Below are positions 7,602 through 18,239 of a stretch of DNA of 59,340 nucleotides, one piece after another. The notes below the pieces were generated by a model. That model was given only the letters and a program-made list of their open reading frames with translations. It ran no database searches and was not told the DNA's origin. Source of the DNA: a virus (taxonomy: Duplodnaviria > Caudoviricetes); the IMG/VR virus record IMGVR_UViG_3300010373_000051, positions 1 to 59,340 of that record; one strand, 5' to 3'. Both the position numbers and the translations under genes were made by a program. Each line of letters starts with the position of its first letter. The stretch's first letter is position 1.

Positions 7602-10600
7602 GTGGCAAACGATAAGTACATCCAGGAAGTAGAAACCCGGTTTACTACCTCCGGGGTAGCTGAGTCTGAGGGCGCTCTCCGCAAGATTCAGAGTCTCGTA
7701 GACTCCGAGACCCGCGCGGGGAACCTTAGCGAAAAGCAGAGCGTAGCCCTGTCGCGAGCCAATGCCCGCCTCTCTAGCCAGCTCGGTGATACCGCACAAG
7801 CTCACCGCAGTGTAGATAACAGCGTCAGGGGGGTTACGGACTCTCAGCGCGGACTAAACAGCGCCCTGGACCAGGGTTCGCAAGGGTTCGTAGCTCTCCG
7901 GTACGCCATGTACGACGTAGGCCGGACAGCACTCACGGCGTCTGGCGCAATCGCGGGTGTCGGCGTTGCGGCTGCGGCGGCGTTCGGTTCTCAGGAACGT
8001 GCGTTCACTGAGGTCCAACGTATCGCAGAGGGTTCAGTTGATGAGGTCCAGTACCTCCGCGAAGAACTCACTCGAATGTCCACGGAAATCCCTCGGTCAT
8101 TCCAGAACCTTTCTGAGATCGCGTCCCTCGGTGGCGCACTTGGCATCGAGTCGGACGCCCTTGACGAGTTTACCGAGACAGTAGCAAAGTTCACTACTCT
8201 CACGAACATCACTGAAGAGGCGGCATCCACCGGATTCGGTAGGATTGCGCAGTACCTCAAGCTGGGAGCGGATGAGTTCGACTCACTTGGCTCCGCTATC
8301 CTCCGCGCCGGTAACATCTCAGTTGCGACTGAGGAGCAGGTGCTGAAGTTCTCGTCGGCAATCGCTCTTCCTGCCGCCCGGGCCGGACTTCTGACTGATG
8401 AGGTAGTCGCACTCGGTGCAGCTACTGCGTCATTCGCGAACATCAACGTTGAAGGTGCGGGCTCCGCCTACTCCCGAGTGTTCTCCAACATTGAGCGGGC
8501 AGTCACTGAGGGCGGAGAGTCCCTGGAGTCGTTTGCGAGCGCCGCAGGATACTCCGCGGATCAGTTCCGTGTTGCGTGGGGTTCAGACGCAGGTGGAACT
8601 TTCAACCGGATCATCAAGGGCCTGTCGATGGATGTCACCGGCCTGGTCGGAAACTTGGACGCACTGGGTATCCGCAATGAGCGAGATCGCCGAGTCGTGT
8701 CTGCGCTCGCGTTGAACTACGAGGATTACGTCCGGATCATCGGGGAAACTACTAACGCTTGGCGCGACGGCATCTACATGAATGAGGCTTACGGCCTGGT
8801 TCTGGATGACCTGGTTTCGAAGTGGGATATCTTCAAGAACGCCCTCTCGAATGCAGCGGCGGCAGTGGGGTCGGAAGCGGCTCCCGCTATGAAGCTTCTC
8901 CTCGATAGCGCTACAAGTGTCCTGGTCAAGCTTACAGAGTTCGCTAACACGCCTCTTGGCGGAGTCCTGATCCGGATGGCTTCGACGGTCGGAGTGCTTT
9001 CGGCCTCGATCCTCGCGCTGGGCGGTGTACTGGCGATTGCAGCGGGCTCAGGACTGGCCTTCCGGTTCGCGCTTCAGCAGATCGCGGGTTCCAGCCTTGC
9101 TGCCTCCTTGGCAGGTCTCCGTAGCGCTATCATCGGGGTGGGGACCGCATCTAATGCTACTGGCGGGGCGGTGCTCTTCCTGAACCGGGCTCTGAAGGCT
9201 CTGGGACGAATCACGATCATCGGTGCAGCGCTGTACGCGATCTCCGAGCTTGCGTTCAATACGCGAGAGTCCCTGGTTTGGCTTGGGGAAGCGTTTATCT
9301 GGGTTGCCAACACCGCGGTGGCTGCGATGTCCGCCATCAGCCCTGTCCTGGGTGCTGTGGCCGCTACCGGAACGCATACCCTCAGGGACTTCGGAAAGTC
9401 AGTGAAGGCGTGGGGCATGACGTTCCCCGCCGCTGCCGATCAGATCGGAAGCACGAGTCAGCCACTGTCGGACTTCGGGGCCTCCCTGGATGATCTCGGG
9501 GATGCTGCGCCGGACATCTCAGGTGTCGGGGATGCAATTGATGACGTTGGTAAGTCGGCAGAAGAGGCCGCACCAAAGGTCTACACTCTCGTGGATTACG
9601 CCAACGATCTAGCGTCGGTTTGGAAGCGCGCATTCGACATCCGATTCTCGGGCCAGCAGTCCTTCGATGATATCCAGAACTCACTCCAGAAGGTGCGAGA
9701 TGCTTCTGCGGAGTCCGCTAAGCGAATCCTGGATTTCCGCAACTCCATCCGAAGCCTGTCTGCTGATATCACGGGTCTCAAGAGTGACATTAACATCCTT
9801 GAGCATTACCTGAAGATTGCCCGCGAGTACGGCGACACTAAGCGAGCCACTGCACTTGAGGCAGAGCTTGTGAAGAAGCGTGCTGAACTTGCTGCGAAGA
9901 CCTCCGATCTCTCTGAGAAGAGCAAGGGTCTGAAGAAGGAGCAGGACTCTCAGAACAAGAGTCTCGTGGGGAACACCCAGGCGAACCGCGATAACCGCGC
10001 GACGATTGAGCAGCTTGTTCAGCAGTACCAGGCTCATATCCAGAAGCTCGCAGAGTCTGGGATGAGTCAGGACGAGTTGGCTCGGGCCACCCAGCGCTTG
10101 AAGGAAGACTTCATCAAGCAGGCCACCCAGCTCGGGTACAACCGGACCGAGTTGCAGCGGTACGCGAAGTCGTTTGACGATGTTGCCGTAGCTATCAAGA
10201 ACGTCCCCCGTAACATCACGGTTAAGGCGAATGCGAACCCGGCCTTGCAAGCTCTTAACGAGTTCCGAGCAAAGGCAACGTCGGTTATGGCTCAGGCGGG
10301 AACCGCAGCAAAGAACGCCTTCAACGAGGGTGTACGTGGCATCGGGTCTACCATTCCCAACACCATTCCCGGTACGACCGTTGATTACTCACGTTCATTC
10401 CCGACTCCGTACAAGTCATGGTCGGCGTTCATGGATTCGGTACGCAAGGCGGGGTTCCCCTACGTCAAGCTTCCGGGCGACTACCAGAGGCTCGCTTGGC
10501 TTGGACAGGGAATGGGATTCCAGTCGGGCGGTTACACCGGTCGGGGAGCGGCAAACGAAACCGCAGGTACCGTCCATAAGGGTGAGTACGTTCTCCGTAA

Positions 10601-10853
10601 GGATCAGGTTAACCAGTCCACCGGTCTTCCCTACGCGAGCGCACTGGGTCAGCTTATGGGGGGTCTTCCTTCCCGGAGCGTTGCCGCGGCCCCCGCAGCA
10701 CAGTCCGCAGGAATCCCCACGGTAGCACTTAACGCTGCAACTATCCAGGCTATCGCACAGGCAACCGGCAAGAATATTTACCTCAATGGTAAGATGATAG
10801 CAGCGTCAACAAGCAGTGAGTTCGAGTTCGAGACGCAGACAGGAGCGTACTAA
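7602..10853 (+). CDS. Tape measure protein
   Basis: 1083 aa, Ala-rich; TP901-like core, hydrophobic segments, C-terminal GFQSGGYTG...GTVHKGEYV motif. Confidence 0.95.
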   Translation: MANDKYIQEVETRFTTSGVAESEGALRKIQSLVDSETRAGNLSEKQSVALSRANARLSSQLGDTAQAHRSVDNSVRGVTDSQRGLNSALDQGSQGFVALRYAMYDVGRTALTASGAIAGVGVAAAAAFGSQERAFTEVQRIAEGSVDEVQYLREELTRMSTEIPRSFQNLSEIASLGGALGIESDALDEFTETVAKFTTLTNITEEAASTGFGRIAQYLKLGADEFDSLGSAILRAGNISVATEEQVLKFSSAIALPAARAGLLTDEVVALGAATASFANINVEGAGSAYSRVFSNIERAVTEGGESLESFASAAGYSADQFRVAWGSDAGGTFNRIIKGLSMDVTGLVGNLDALGIRNERDRRVVSALALNYEDYVRIIGETTNAWRDGIYMNEAYGLVLDDLVSKWDIFKNALSNAAAAVGSEAAPAMKLLLDSATSVLVKLTEFANTPLGGVLIRMASTVGVLSASILALGGVLAIAAGSGLAFRFALQQIAGSSLAASLAGLRSAIIGVGTASNATGGAVLFLNRALKALGRITIIGAALYAISELAFNTRESLVWLGEAFIWVANTAVAAMSAISPVLGAVAATGTHTLRDFGKSVKAWGMTFPAAADQIGSTSQPLSDFGASLDDLGDAAPDISGVGDAIDDVGKSAEEAAPKVYTLVDYANDLASVWKRAFDIRFSGQQSFDDIQNSLQKVRDASAESAKRILDFRNSIRSLSADITGLKSDINILEHYLKIAREYGDTKRATALEAELVKKRAELAAKTSDLSEKSKGLKKEQDSQNKSLVGNTQANRDNRATIEQLVQQYQAHIQKLAESGMSQDELARATQRLKEDFIKQATQLGYNRTELQRYAKSFDDVAVAIKNVPRNITVKANANPALQALNEFRAKATSVMAQAGTAAKNAFNEGVRGIGSTIPNTIPGTTVDYSRSFPTPYKSWSAFMDSVRKAGFPYVKLPGDYQRLAWLGQGMGFQSGGYTGRGAANETAGTVHKGEYVLRKDQVNQSTGLPYASALGQLMGGLPSRSVAAAPAAQSAGIPTVALNAATIQAIAQATGKNIYLNGKMIAASTSSEFEFETQTGAY

Positions 10854-10855
10854 GG

Positions 10856-11806
10856 GTGAGTGTCCTTGCGACGAATGGCCGTAATCGGCTTTGGTTTGGA
10901 ACCGTTGACCGGATGCAGTATGTCCCGACACCTAACCGTGGAGCTGATGTATCGGCTACCGGGTTTGAGGCGGGGGGCCCACTCCTCTCCGGAGGCGCAT
11001 ACCAGATCAACTCCTTCGACAGCGCTAAGAACTTCATCTTCGAGTGGCCTCCGTCATCCTCCCGCGAGGCTGCACAGCGCATGAAAAGTTACGCAGATGG
11101 CAGTTTCGGACGGGGCCTGATCTACTTCGTAGACCCTTTGACCTGGAACACCAACATCCTCCCTCCCCGGTGGGCGGACCCCTCGATGGCGGTAGGAGAC
11201 GAGTCAGCCACCCTAATCCCGGGCGTGGTTCCTACGGGAACCCCTTCGACTGCGCCAGTGGAAGCGAACCTCCCGGTGAAATCCGCGGTCTACGACCTGA
11301 CCCAAACAGGTCCCACTGACCCGACCCGGCTAGATGACTCGAACTCTGTATTCATCCCCATCCCGGAGGGGGCTTACCTCTTGCTTGGGGCCTTCTATAA
11401 CGTTGTGGGGTCAGGCGGGATTTACTACAGTCCCGTACAGGTAGGTGGCGCGGTAGGGACTCCCTCCGTTATCCCCCCCTCCAACCCTATTCCTACTGGC
11501 CCCCTGGGGATTGTCACTGCGGCTGCTACCCTCCAGCCTGGGCAGGTCGGTGTCAGGATTTGGATGGGTCGAACAAACAACACCGCGGGGGTAATCACTG
11601 CTAACGGTATCGTTGCTCGACTTTCCCCTATCGAGAACTTTTCGGCTCCGAACGACTCAACCCATAAGCCTTGGATGGGTGGACAGGGGAACTCAGGGTG
11701 CCGGTTCATTGGGAAGCCCACGTACATGAATAACACCGGGGTGAACGGGGGCCAAGTGTCCTACGCTGCGACCTTCCGCGAGGTTGGTTCCTGGGTGGTG
11801 TCGTAA
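10856..11806 (+). CDS. Minor tail protein (distal tail-like)
   Basis: Immediately after the tape measure gene. Confidence 0.7.
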   Translation: MSVLATNGRNRLWFGTVDRMQYVPTPNRGADVSATGFEAGGPLLSGGAYQINSFDSAKNFIFEWPPSSSREAAQRMKSYADGSFGRGLIYFVDPLTWNTNILPPRWADPSMAVGDESATLIPGVVPTGTPSTAPVEANLPVKSAVYDLTQTGPTDPTRLDDSNSVFIPIPEGAYLLLGAFYNVVGSGGIYYSPVQVGGAVGTPSVIPPSNPIPTGPLGIVTAAATLQPGQVGVRIWMGRTNNTAGVITANGIVARLSPIENFSAPNDSTHKPWMGGQGNSGCRFIGKPTYMNNTGVNGGQVSYAATFREVGSWVVS

Positions 11807-13539
11807 TGTCGTTTCACCTGACTTTTGAAGGCCGCAAGTTCCAGATCGTTGACTTTTCGGTACAGGAGGCTACTACACCTCTAGCTGCGGGGGACTCGTC
11901 CGGCCAAGTAGGTACCATCGAGATAACGGTACCCTATCCTGACTCTGATCTGGACCCGGACCACCCGATACTTCAGTACGGTATCTCTTGGCTCGCGGGC
12001 AGAAGTATCTACCTCAGCGACTCCCGAAAGGGGTTCACCGTAGGTAAGGTGTCCTCCGCCCAGTCCAACCGTTCAGCAGGAACTATTCGGGTTACCGGTA
12101 TAGCGCGCCTTGGTGTCCTGAACGTCTTCAACATCCAGGCTCCACCGTTCGTCGGAGTGCTCGCAGACGCATTCCAGCGGTACCTAGCTCTCGCAGACGT
12201 TACAACCGACTTCCTGGTGGACCCTTCTGTAGCTTCCCGGAGCGTGGTATTCCCTGGCTGGACAGGGGAGCTGTGGTACCACCTGAAGCAGCTTGCCGTC
12301 GCGATTGACTGCGATATAGCACTTGTATCTGGGGTTATCGTACTTCGCCCTATCAGGGAGCGTACAGTCGCCCGAGGCCGGGACATCGACCGAGCAGCAA
12401 CGGTCGGAGGCGGGTCACTCGCTCAGAAGATATCGGTTATGCAGTACAACAACCGACCCATCAATAACGAACTGGTATACCCTCCAGGGGGGTGGTCGGA
12501 AGACGTTACGACTATCAACGTGAACTCCGGAGAGACGGTTGCAGAGGTCCTTGACCTGTCAGCGTCGGTGTCATCTATTGCGCAACCTACGATGCAGACC
12601 TTCGTTTCCCGAGACCACCGAACGTCATCCGTTTTTACCGTAGTAGGTGATGACGGACTCCCCATCCCTCCAGCCCAGTGGACCGCACAGGGTGGCCGAT
12701 TGACGGTAGAGATTAACCCTGACACCGTATCTCTGACCGTGCATATCACTGCTCCGCGGGGAATCCGTAACAAGGACAACAAGGAGATTGGTGTCTACGG
12801 TATCTCCCTCTCGTCGGACAGTAACACGGGTCGGTACTCGACCCTCCGGATCGTAGGAACAGGCGTCGCGTTTACCAAGGAGGAGGTACTGGTACCTACC
12901 GGTGTCACCGAGCGCGAGACGGCCACGGAGATCGGGGCCACTATCGACAACCCGTTCCTCAGCACTCGGGATCAGGTGTACACCGCGGGTGTTCGTGCGG
13001 TCCGTTCTTACAACGGGTCGAATATGACGGTCTCAGGTACGGTGTCCGCCATCAATCAGCGAGGAGACACCGGGGGCGTTACCCTGCGCCCGTATTCCTA
13101 CGTTCAAGACCTGTTTACCGGTATGACCTACGCCCAGGTCCAGGCGCAATTTGCAGGTAAGAGTTACTTGCAGGTCGAAGCCAGTTTCAACGAGGGCATT
13201 GATGACCGGTTTGAAAACCAGGTTTTCGGAAACGTTTCTGGGGCAAGGGTGTGGGATGAGCCTACTCGGCGGTGGTATCGCATCAAGTCGGACACGGTTA
13301 CACCCTCTACTATCCAGTTTGAAGCTGAGGATGACCTTACTCACGAGGATGCTCACCAGTACTGGGACGTAGAAACCTACGCCGATATGCAGATGCTGTA
13401 CAATGGATTTAGTTACCAAGAGGTTGATTTGATGGGATTGAGGCCGATTAAGATTCGTACATACGTTCCCCCGCTGTTCCCTTCGACCACGCTTTTCCCC
13501 AGTACGACCCTTTTCCCGGCACCTGAATTGGGGTCCTAG
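11806..13539 (+). CDS. Minor tail protein (tail hub/tip)
   Basis: 577 aa; second gene after tape measure; C-terminal LFPSTT repeats. Confidence 0.7.
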   Translation: MSFHLTFEGRKFQIVDFSVQEATTPLAAGDSSGQVGTIEITVPYPDSDLDPDHPILQYGISWLAGRSIYLSDSRKGFTVGKVSSAQSNRSAGTIRVTGIARLGVLNVFNIQAPPFVGVLADAFQRYLALADVTTDFLVDPSVASRSVVFPGWTGELWYHLKQLAVAIDCDIALVSGVIVLRPIRERTVARGRDIDRAATVGGGSLAQKISVMQYNNRPINNELVYPPGGWSEDVTTINVNSGETVAEVLDLSASVSSIAQPTMQTFVSRDHRTSSVFTVVGDDGLPIPPAQWTAQGGRLTVEINPDTVSLTVHITAPRGIRNKDNKEIGVYGISLSSDSNTGRYSTLRIVGTGVAFTKEEVLVPTGVTERETATEIGATIDNPFLSTRDQVYTAGVRAVRSYNGSNMTVSGTVSAINQRGDTGGVTLRPYSYVQDLFTGMTYAQVQAQFAGKSYLQVEASFNEGIDDRFENQVFGNVSGARVWDEPTRRWYRIKSDTVTPSTIQFEAEDDLTHEDAHQYWDVETYADMQMLYNGFSYQEVDLMGLRPIKIRTYVPPLFPSTTLFPSTTLFPAPELGS

Positions 13540-13541
13540 AC

Positions 13542-14213
13542 ATGGCAGGTATCGTATTCCCCCCTCGGAGCCTCGGAGGTCCCGCAGACAACTGGGGTCG
13601 CAAGGTAGAGGGTGAAATCCTCAATGAGGGTGTCGCCCGTGTGCGGCTAGAGCAGAAGACTGATAACGCACTTCGGGCTATCAGCGGTCAGCTTGCAGTT
13701 TCAGCTACCCAACTTGACGAACTTACGGTCCAGCAAGCGCAGTTGACCGCACAGCAATCCGATCTGGCAAATCAACAGGCTGAGCTTGTGAACCAGATCA
13801 ATCGCCTGTCTAACGTGATACTCGATCTTCAGGATGCCGGGAAGGTCTATCTTGTAAGCGCCGATGGTCCTTGGAACGGCGTGGGATGGGCTACCGGCGC
13901 TCGGTCTGTTACGGCATCATCCCGGAGCAGGCGTTTCCGAGTGACCGTATCCGGAACGTCCGCAGGGACAATGAGCTTCTTCTCGTTCTCTACAACGGGA
14001 TACCCCCGAGACCGAATCCTTGGCGGCACCGCTGCTGCGGCCCGGTCCCGTGTATCGGCCACTGGCGGCGCGAGTGTGCAGAACACGACATACGGAACAT
14101 GGGTCATAACGATGCCTAGCACTGGGGACTACACCTTTACCGCAGAGGCATACGGTACCGACAGTTTCTCGTCCTCTCTTGCTTTGAATCTTACAGTAGA
14201 GCCGCTACTGTGA
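13542..14213 (+). CDS. Minor tail protein
   Basis: N-terminal WGRKVE plus coiled coil; beta-rich C-terminus. Confidence 0.65.
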   Translation: MAGIVFPPRSLGGPADNWGRKVEGEILNEGVARVRLEQKTDNALRAISGQLAVSATQLDELTVQQAQLTAQQSDLANQQAELVNQINRLSNVILDLQDAGKVYLVSADGPWNGVGWATGARSVTASSRSRRFRVTVSGTSAGTMSFFSFSTTGYPRDRILGGTAAAARSRVSATGGASVQNTTYGTWVITMPSTGDYTFTAEAYGTDSFSSSLALNLTVEPLL

Positions 14214-14248
14214 CAACCCCCAATCTTCACACCTACTAGGAGGCCCCC

Positions 14249-14740
14249 GTGGCAACTACTTCACCTGATACCCTGCGATCCCCGAACCCGAGCGATCCCT
14301 ACAACCTGGTAGCGGACTGGGCGATCTCTATGAGTGATGTCCAGGCTGCACTGGTCCGAAGGGCCAACATGTACGTTGGTACCGCGGCTCAGAGGATCGC
14401 AGCTTCATCTGTACCGGAGGGTGTGCACTGGCAGGATACCGACAGTACTCGGAGGGAGTACGTTAGGCGCGGATCGGCCTGGAGGGGTGTCGCCCCCCTC
14501 AGTGGCGTAGAGACTTTGACGCCCCCTGCTGGAGGTGGACAGGTAACCTCAAACATCTCCTTCCCAGCGGGATATTTCGAAGCCGCACCTCGTGTAGTGG
14601 CTACCGCCCAGACCGGAGCGGGCGTGACGGTCACCCTTAACATCTCCGTTGCATCCATCACTGCTACCGGAGCCGTACTAAACCTTAACCGCTCCAACAA
14701 CACAGCGACCACTATTACGTGGGTCGCAGTACCGGCCTAG
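14249..14740 (+). CDS. Minor tail protein with C-terminal lectin-like beta domain
   Basis: ISFPAGYFEAAPRVVATAQ...ITWVAV motif; AGGAGG RBS. Confidence 0.65.
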   Translation: MATTSPDTLRSPNPSDPYNLVADWAISMSDVQAALVRRANMYVGTAAQRIAASSVPEGVHWQDTDSTRREYVRRGSAWRGVAPLSGVETLTPPAGGGQVTSNISFPAGYFEAAPRVVATAQTGAGVTVTLNISVASITATGAVLNLNRSNNTATTITWVAVPA

Positions 14741-14750
14741 GGGGCACCAC

Positions 14751-16196
14751 TTGAATTACCAGAAGCAGATTTGGACGAACCTCCCAAGCGAGACAACCCC
14801 TCTCTCCGCAGATAGGCTGAATCACCTAGAGACGCAGTTTGACGCCGCAAAGGCGCTCATCGACGCTCTGCCGGGGGTGCAGGCCGCAGACTTCGGGGTT
14901 GTGGCGGATGGAACAACCGACAACACTGATGCTGTTCGACAGGCTGTTGCGGCTGTGGCGGCGACAGGCGGAGGCACGTTAGAGTTTCCTCCGGGTGTGA
15001 TCCGGGTGGATGGCCTTATCAAGATACCATCTAACATTCATATCACGGGTCCCGGCGCGACCATCACTAAGACTGGGTCCGGCTCAGGGTTCACCTCCGT
15101 GCTTTTCGCTGCGCTCGGAGGGTCCGGTTGGTGCCGGAACGTAATCATCTCCGATATCTCCTTCAAGGGAAACTTCCCCAGTAACGGTATCAACGTACTT
15201 TGGGCACATAAGCTGGCGGGTCTGACCGTCCGGAACGTTACTGTGACGGACTCTACGACCGGGGGGCATGTACTGGACCTCCAAGGTTGTACCGACACCG
15301 TGGTGGAGCAGAACGTGTTCTCGGGTGCTTTCGCTATGACAGGTCGAGAGTACAGCGAGTGCATTCAGATTGATGCGTCGGTGCGTAACGGGTCTCCTCT
15401 TCCCGATGAACCGGGTCAGATTTACGACGGTACCCCTACGCAGCGTCTTCTCATCCGTCGCAACCGGTTCCTCTCACAGGGTATTTACGCGGCTCCAAGG
15501 GCGGTAGGTGCTCACACCGCAGTACAGTCACGGTACTACACGGATATCGAGTTCAGCTACAACTACCTAGAGACGCCACTGGAGTCCACATCTTGGAGGG
15601 GCGTGATTAACTTCCTGGCCTCCAAACGAGTGCTCGTAAAGGGTAACGACTTTAATATCTCCCCCGGGCTGGGGTTCCTTGCCTTGGTGATTTTCCACGA
15701 GACATCGACGTGGGTTGCTACCTCTGCCGTCAACACCGCAAACGCACCGTATGTACCCGCTTCTGACAAGATGCTGGGTGACAAGCTATCGTCACTGGGT
15801 AACACTCGGGTAGCGGGGTACCCGGCGACATCTAGGGACTACCTGGCCCCGAGATACGCCACCGGCTTTAAGTCCTACGGGGCTACAGACGTATTCCTCC
15901 TTTGGAACGACGGATTTGTAACGCTCGTAGGGGAGTTTGGTAAGGTCAACACTACTGATCCCTCTGGAGGTAGTGGGAGTCAAATTGACATCTCCACGGC
16001 TACCGAAGTCACAGTGGGTTATCTGCCGGATGAGTACACCCCGAAGCGGACCCTTAGACTTGCAGCTATCGGGTCTGGCACGGAGACGTTTATGCTCTCT
16101 GTGAAGGACACGGGGGAGATCGCGGTAAGCCGCTACAGTAGCGCTACTCGGACAAACCCCTACCTGGCTGTGTACGCCACTTGGCCCGCACCGTAA
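14751..16196 (+). CDS. Tailspike/depolymerase with pectate-lyase-like beta-helix
   Basis: DFGVVADGTTDNTDAVRQAV...GGGTLEFPPG signature; beta-helix repeats. Confidence 0.8.
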   Translation: MNYQKQIWTNLPSETTPLSADRLNHLETQFDAAKALIDALPGVQAADFGVVADGTTDNTDAVRQAVAAVAATGGGTLEFPPGVIRVDGLIKIPSNIHITGPGATITKTGSGSGFTSVLFAALGGSGWCRNVIISDISFKGNFPSNGINVLWAHKLAGLTVRNVTVTDSTTGGHVLDLQGCTDTVVEQNVFSGAFAMTGREYSECIQIDASVRNGSPLPDEPGQIYDGTPTQRLLIRRNRFLSQGIYAAPRAVGAHTAVQSRYYTDIEFSYNYLETPLESTSWRGVINFLASKRVLVKGNDFNISPGLGFLALVIFHETSTWVATSAVNTANAPYVPASDKMLGDKLSSLGNTRVAGYPATSRDYLAPRYATGFKSYGATDVFLLWNDGFVTLVGEFGKVNTTDPSGGSGSQIDISTATEVTVGYLPDEYTPKRTLRLAAIGSGTETFMLSVKDTGEIAVSRYSSATRTNPYLAVYATWPAP

Positions 16197-16210
16197 ACAC
16201 ATAGAAACAC

Positions 16211-16248
16211 AAAAACCCCCGGCTCCAAACGGAGACCGGGGGTTCTTT
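16211..16248. terminator. Bidirectional terminator at arm convergence
   Basis: AAAAACCCCCGG...CCGGGGGTTCTTT. Confidence 0.85.
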
Positions 16249-16439
16249 GCTATAGCCCTTCATGCCTATCTATGTCTTTGGTCTGCTGCCACCCACATCG
16301 CGTACATTATCGCACCAACCGGGTCATCGCGACACGACACCCGAAGGATGTATCGGTATAATGAAGGCCGGTACTCCAATTACCCCACTTGTGTCGTCGT
16401 GTCCAAGTGGTACACTTCACGACACCTTTTTCCTCATCA

Positions 16440-16568
16440 TTAGTCATCGCCCAGGTCCTCCAACTTCTTCTCGTAATACTCTCGCTCGTGTTCGAGGTCC
16501 GTCTTGTACTTCAGGTCGTTACCGAAGTGCGGAACGGGGTTCTCTGTCCAACTGTGATAATCAGGCAT
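16440..16568 (-). CDS. Hypothetical 42-aa protein (not in ORF track)
   Basis: MPDYHSWTENPVPHFG...; overlaps the upstream stop; GAGG RBS. Confidence 0.5.
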   Translation of the reverse strand: MPDYHSWTENPVPHFGNDLKYKTDLEHEREYYEKKLEDLGDD

Positions 16569-16992
16569 CGTCACCTCGTTTCGGCTGTGGAAAGATCATC
16601 AGTGTCTTACCGTTGTCTACCAAAGTGGTGTGGACCCCGGATCGGTAAAGATCGTACTCCGCGAATTGCTGGGTTCCCCCGTCAGTTTCTACGATAACAC
16701 CCGTTACTCCCGAGAGCCAGTCGCTTTTCATTCGCATATCGAACATATCCGCAAAATGCTCAATCGAGTCCGGGTTCAACTCAGAGTACACAGTCGTGGT
16801 CTGACCCTGGAGCGCAACCGTAAGCCGGGCATTCTCCTGACTAAGGCGAAGAGCCTCCTCCTTGTAAGTGTCGCGTTCCACCTCCAGGTACTCGACAGAT
16901 CGAAGTGTCTCACGTAGCTCTGACGTAGCCTTCCTCTTTACTGTTTCACTGTACGAACCCAGTCGCTCCACAATTTCATCTGTGTCAATCAT
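16561..16992 (-). CDS. Hypothetical protein
   Basis: Coupled ORF with coiled coil. Confidence 0.6.
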   Translation of the reverse strand: MIDTDEIVERLGSYSETVKRKATSELRETLRSVEYLEVERDTYKEEALRLSQENARLTVALQGQTTTVYSELNPDSIEHFADMFDMRMKSDWLSGVTGVIVETDGGTQQFAEYDLYRSGVHTTLVDNGKTLMIFPQPKRGDDA

Positions 16993-17189
16993 TCTTCTTC
17001 TCCGTCCCATGGCCACACAAAGGATCCGTTTAGAATAGTCTGGTCCGAGGGATCACTCTCGGGAGCGATACACACGTCCTCCCCTTCTGTCCAGACCACG
17101 CGATAGGGGCCTAGTTTTCTCTTTCGGGTTTCGATAAATACGCGAGCCCCCGGGATGAAACGAAGCTCGTACTCTTCCGTGTCATTCAT
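16989..17189 (-). CDS. Hypothetical protein
   Basis: ATGA-coupled ORF. Confidence 0.6.
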   Translation of the reverse strand: MNDTEEYELRFIPGARVFIETRKRKLGPYRVVWTEGEDVCIAPESDPSDQTILNGSFVWPWDGEEE

Positions 17190-17746
17190 TCTTCCCCCTT
17201 TGGAAAGTAGTGCTGGATAGTCGGCATGTGCTTGGTGCGGCGGAGGTAGCTGATCGAGTGCAAGAGTGCGCTACGTGCATCGTTCGCATCCTTACAGCCT
17301 ACATCCTTACCGGTGATGTGCAAGCCGTGAGCCTTCAGCCAGCGGTGGGCGTTCGTTACGGAACTCTTGCTCTCTCCGCTTGCGAAATACTGCTGTGCAG
17401 GCTGAACCCAGGTCGGCTTGATCCCCATGGCAAGGATCGCACCCTCCACCCGCAGAGGCTCCAGATCGTTCGTCTTGTAGGCGAAGTTGTTACCTGCCCC
17501 CCGGGGCTTGAACTTCTCGACCAGTACGGTTACGTCGGGCTCTCCAATAGGCTCCACAAGTTCATACTTGATGCATAACCAGAGTCCTTCCTCATCGTTC
17601 CATCCGGTCCAGGCATTCTTCAGAAACCCCTCCACACCCCCCTCGATCTGGAAGGCGTGGGTCATCTTGTAGGGCTCTGTGTCAGAGTACGTGCCGATGA
17701 CAACGGCGGAACTCATGCCCGGGTCAATGCTGATTAGGGTTTTCAT
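17186..17746 (-). CDS. RuvC-like Holliday junction resolvase
   Basis: ISIDPG, VLVE and DANDA catalytic motifs. Confidence 0.8.
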   Translation of the reverse strand: MKTLISIDPGMSSAVVIGTYSDTEPYKMTHAFQIEGGVEGFLKNAWTGWNDEEGLWLCIKYELVEPIGEPDVTVLVEKFKPRGAGNNFAYKTNDLEPLRVEGAILAMGIKPTWVQPAQQYFASGESKSSVTNAHRWLKAHGLHITGKDVGCKDANDARSALLHSISYLRRTKHMPTIQHYFPKGEE

Positions 17747-18060
17747 CGGGAAACCCTCTGCCCTGCGACCGTTAGGCGGTCCCCTACCAGGAACACCTGG
17801 AAAGCCTTGTCGTGCGTTTCCTTGAGGTACCGCTCCATCTGTCGGGTCTGTTCCATCATTTCACCGGAGGCTGCTACCCACCCGTGCTTGTACCCCAGTT
17901 CGTACTTTCGCGTGAGAGCTTTCGATTCCCCCTCCTCACTAAGCTGGGCCTCCAGCTCCGCGATACGGGCATTACGCTTGCTCAGCGTAGCCTGTAGGTG
18001 CTCAATATGGGCTACCTTTGCGTCGTTTACGTCGAACTCAATAGTAATCTTCTCACTCAT
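17743..18060 (-). CDS. Hypothetical protein
   Basis: Coupled ORF; AGGAGG RBS. Confidence 0.6.
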   Translation of the reverse strand: MSEKITIEFDVNDAKVAHIEHLQATLSKRNARIAELEAQLSEEGESKALTRKYELGYKHGWVAASGEMMEQTRQMERYLKETHDKAFQVFLVGDRLTVAGQRVSR

Positions 18061-18239
18061 GTCCATCCTCCTGCTCTCCACTGCTCAGCCCAAAGGTCAA
18101 TCGACTCTGGATTTTTCGAGAGGAACACTCCCGCCTCTGTCAGAAGGTCCCGCCGCTGCTCATAGCTCAGGTCCTCCCAAAGGCCGTCCGCCCAATGCGT
18201 GGCTACGAACCACCGCGCGTCTTTCCTGTTACTGCTCAC
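18057..18239 (-). CDS. Hypothetical protein
   Basis: Coupled ORF, GTG start. Confidence 0.55.
   Translation of the reverse strand: MSSNRKDARWFVATHWADGLWEDLSYEQRRDLLTEAGVFLSKNPESIDLWAEQWRAGGWT

Noticed and set aside
16262-16917. Plus-strand ORFs 16262..16648, 16389..16697 and 16630..16917
   Set aside because: Beyond the terminator and antisense to coupled minus-strand genes; shadow ORFs, like most nested ORFs in the track.
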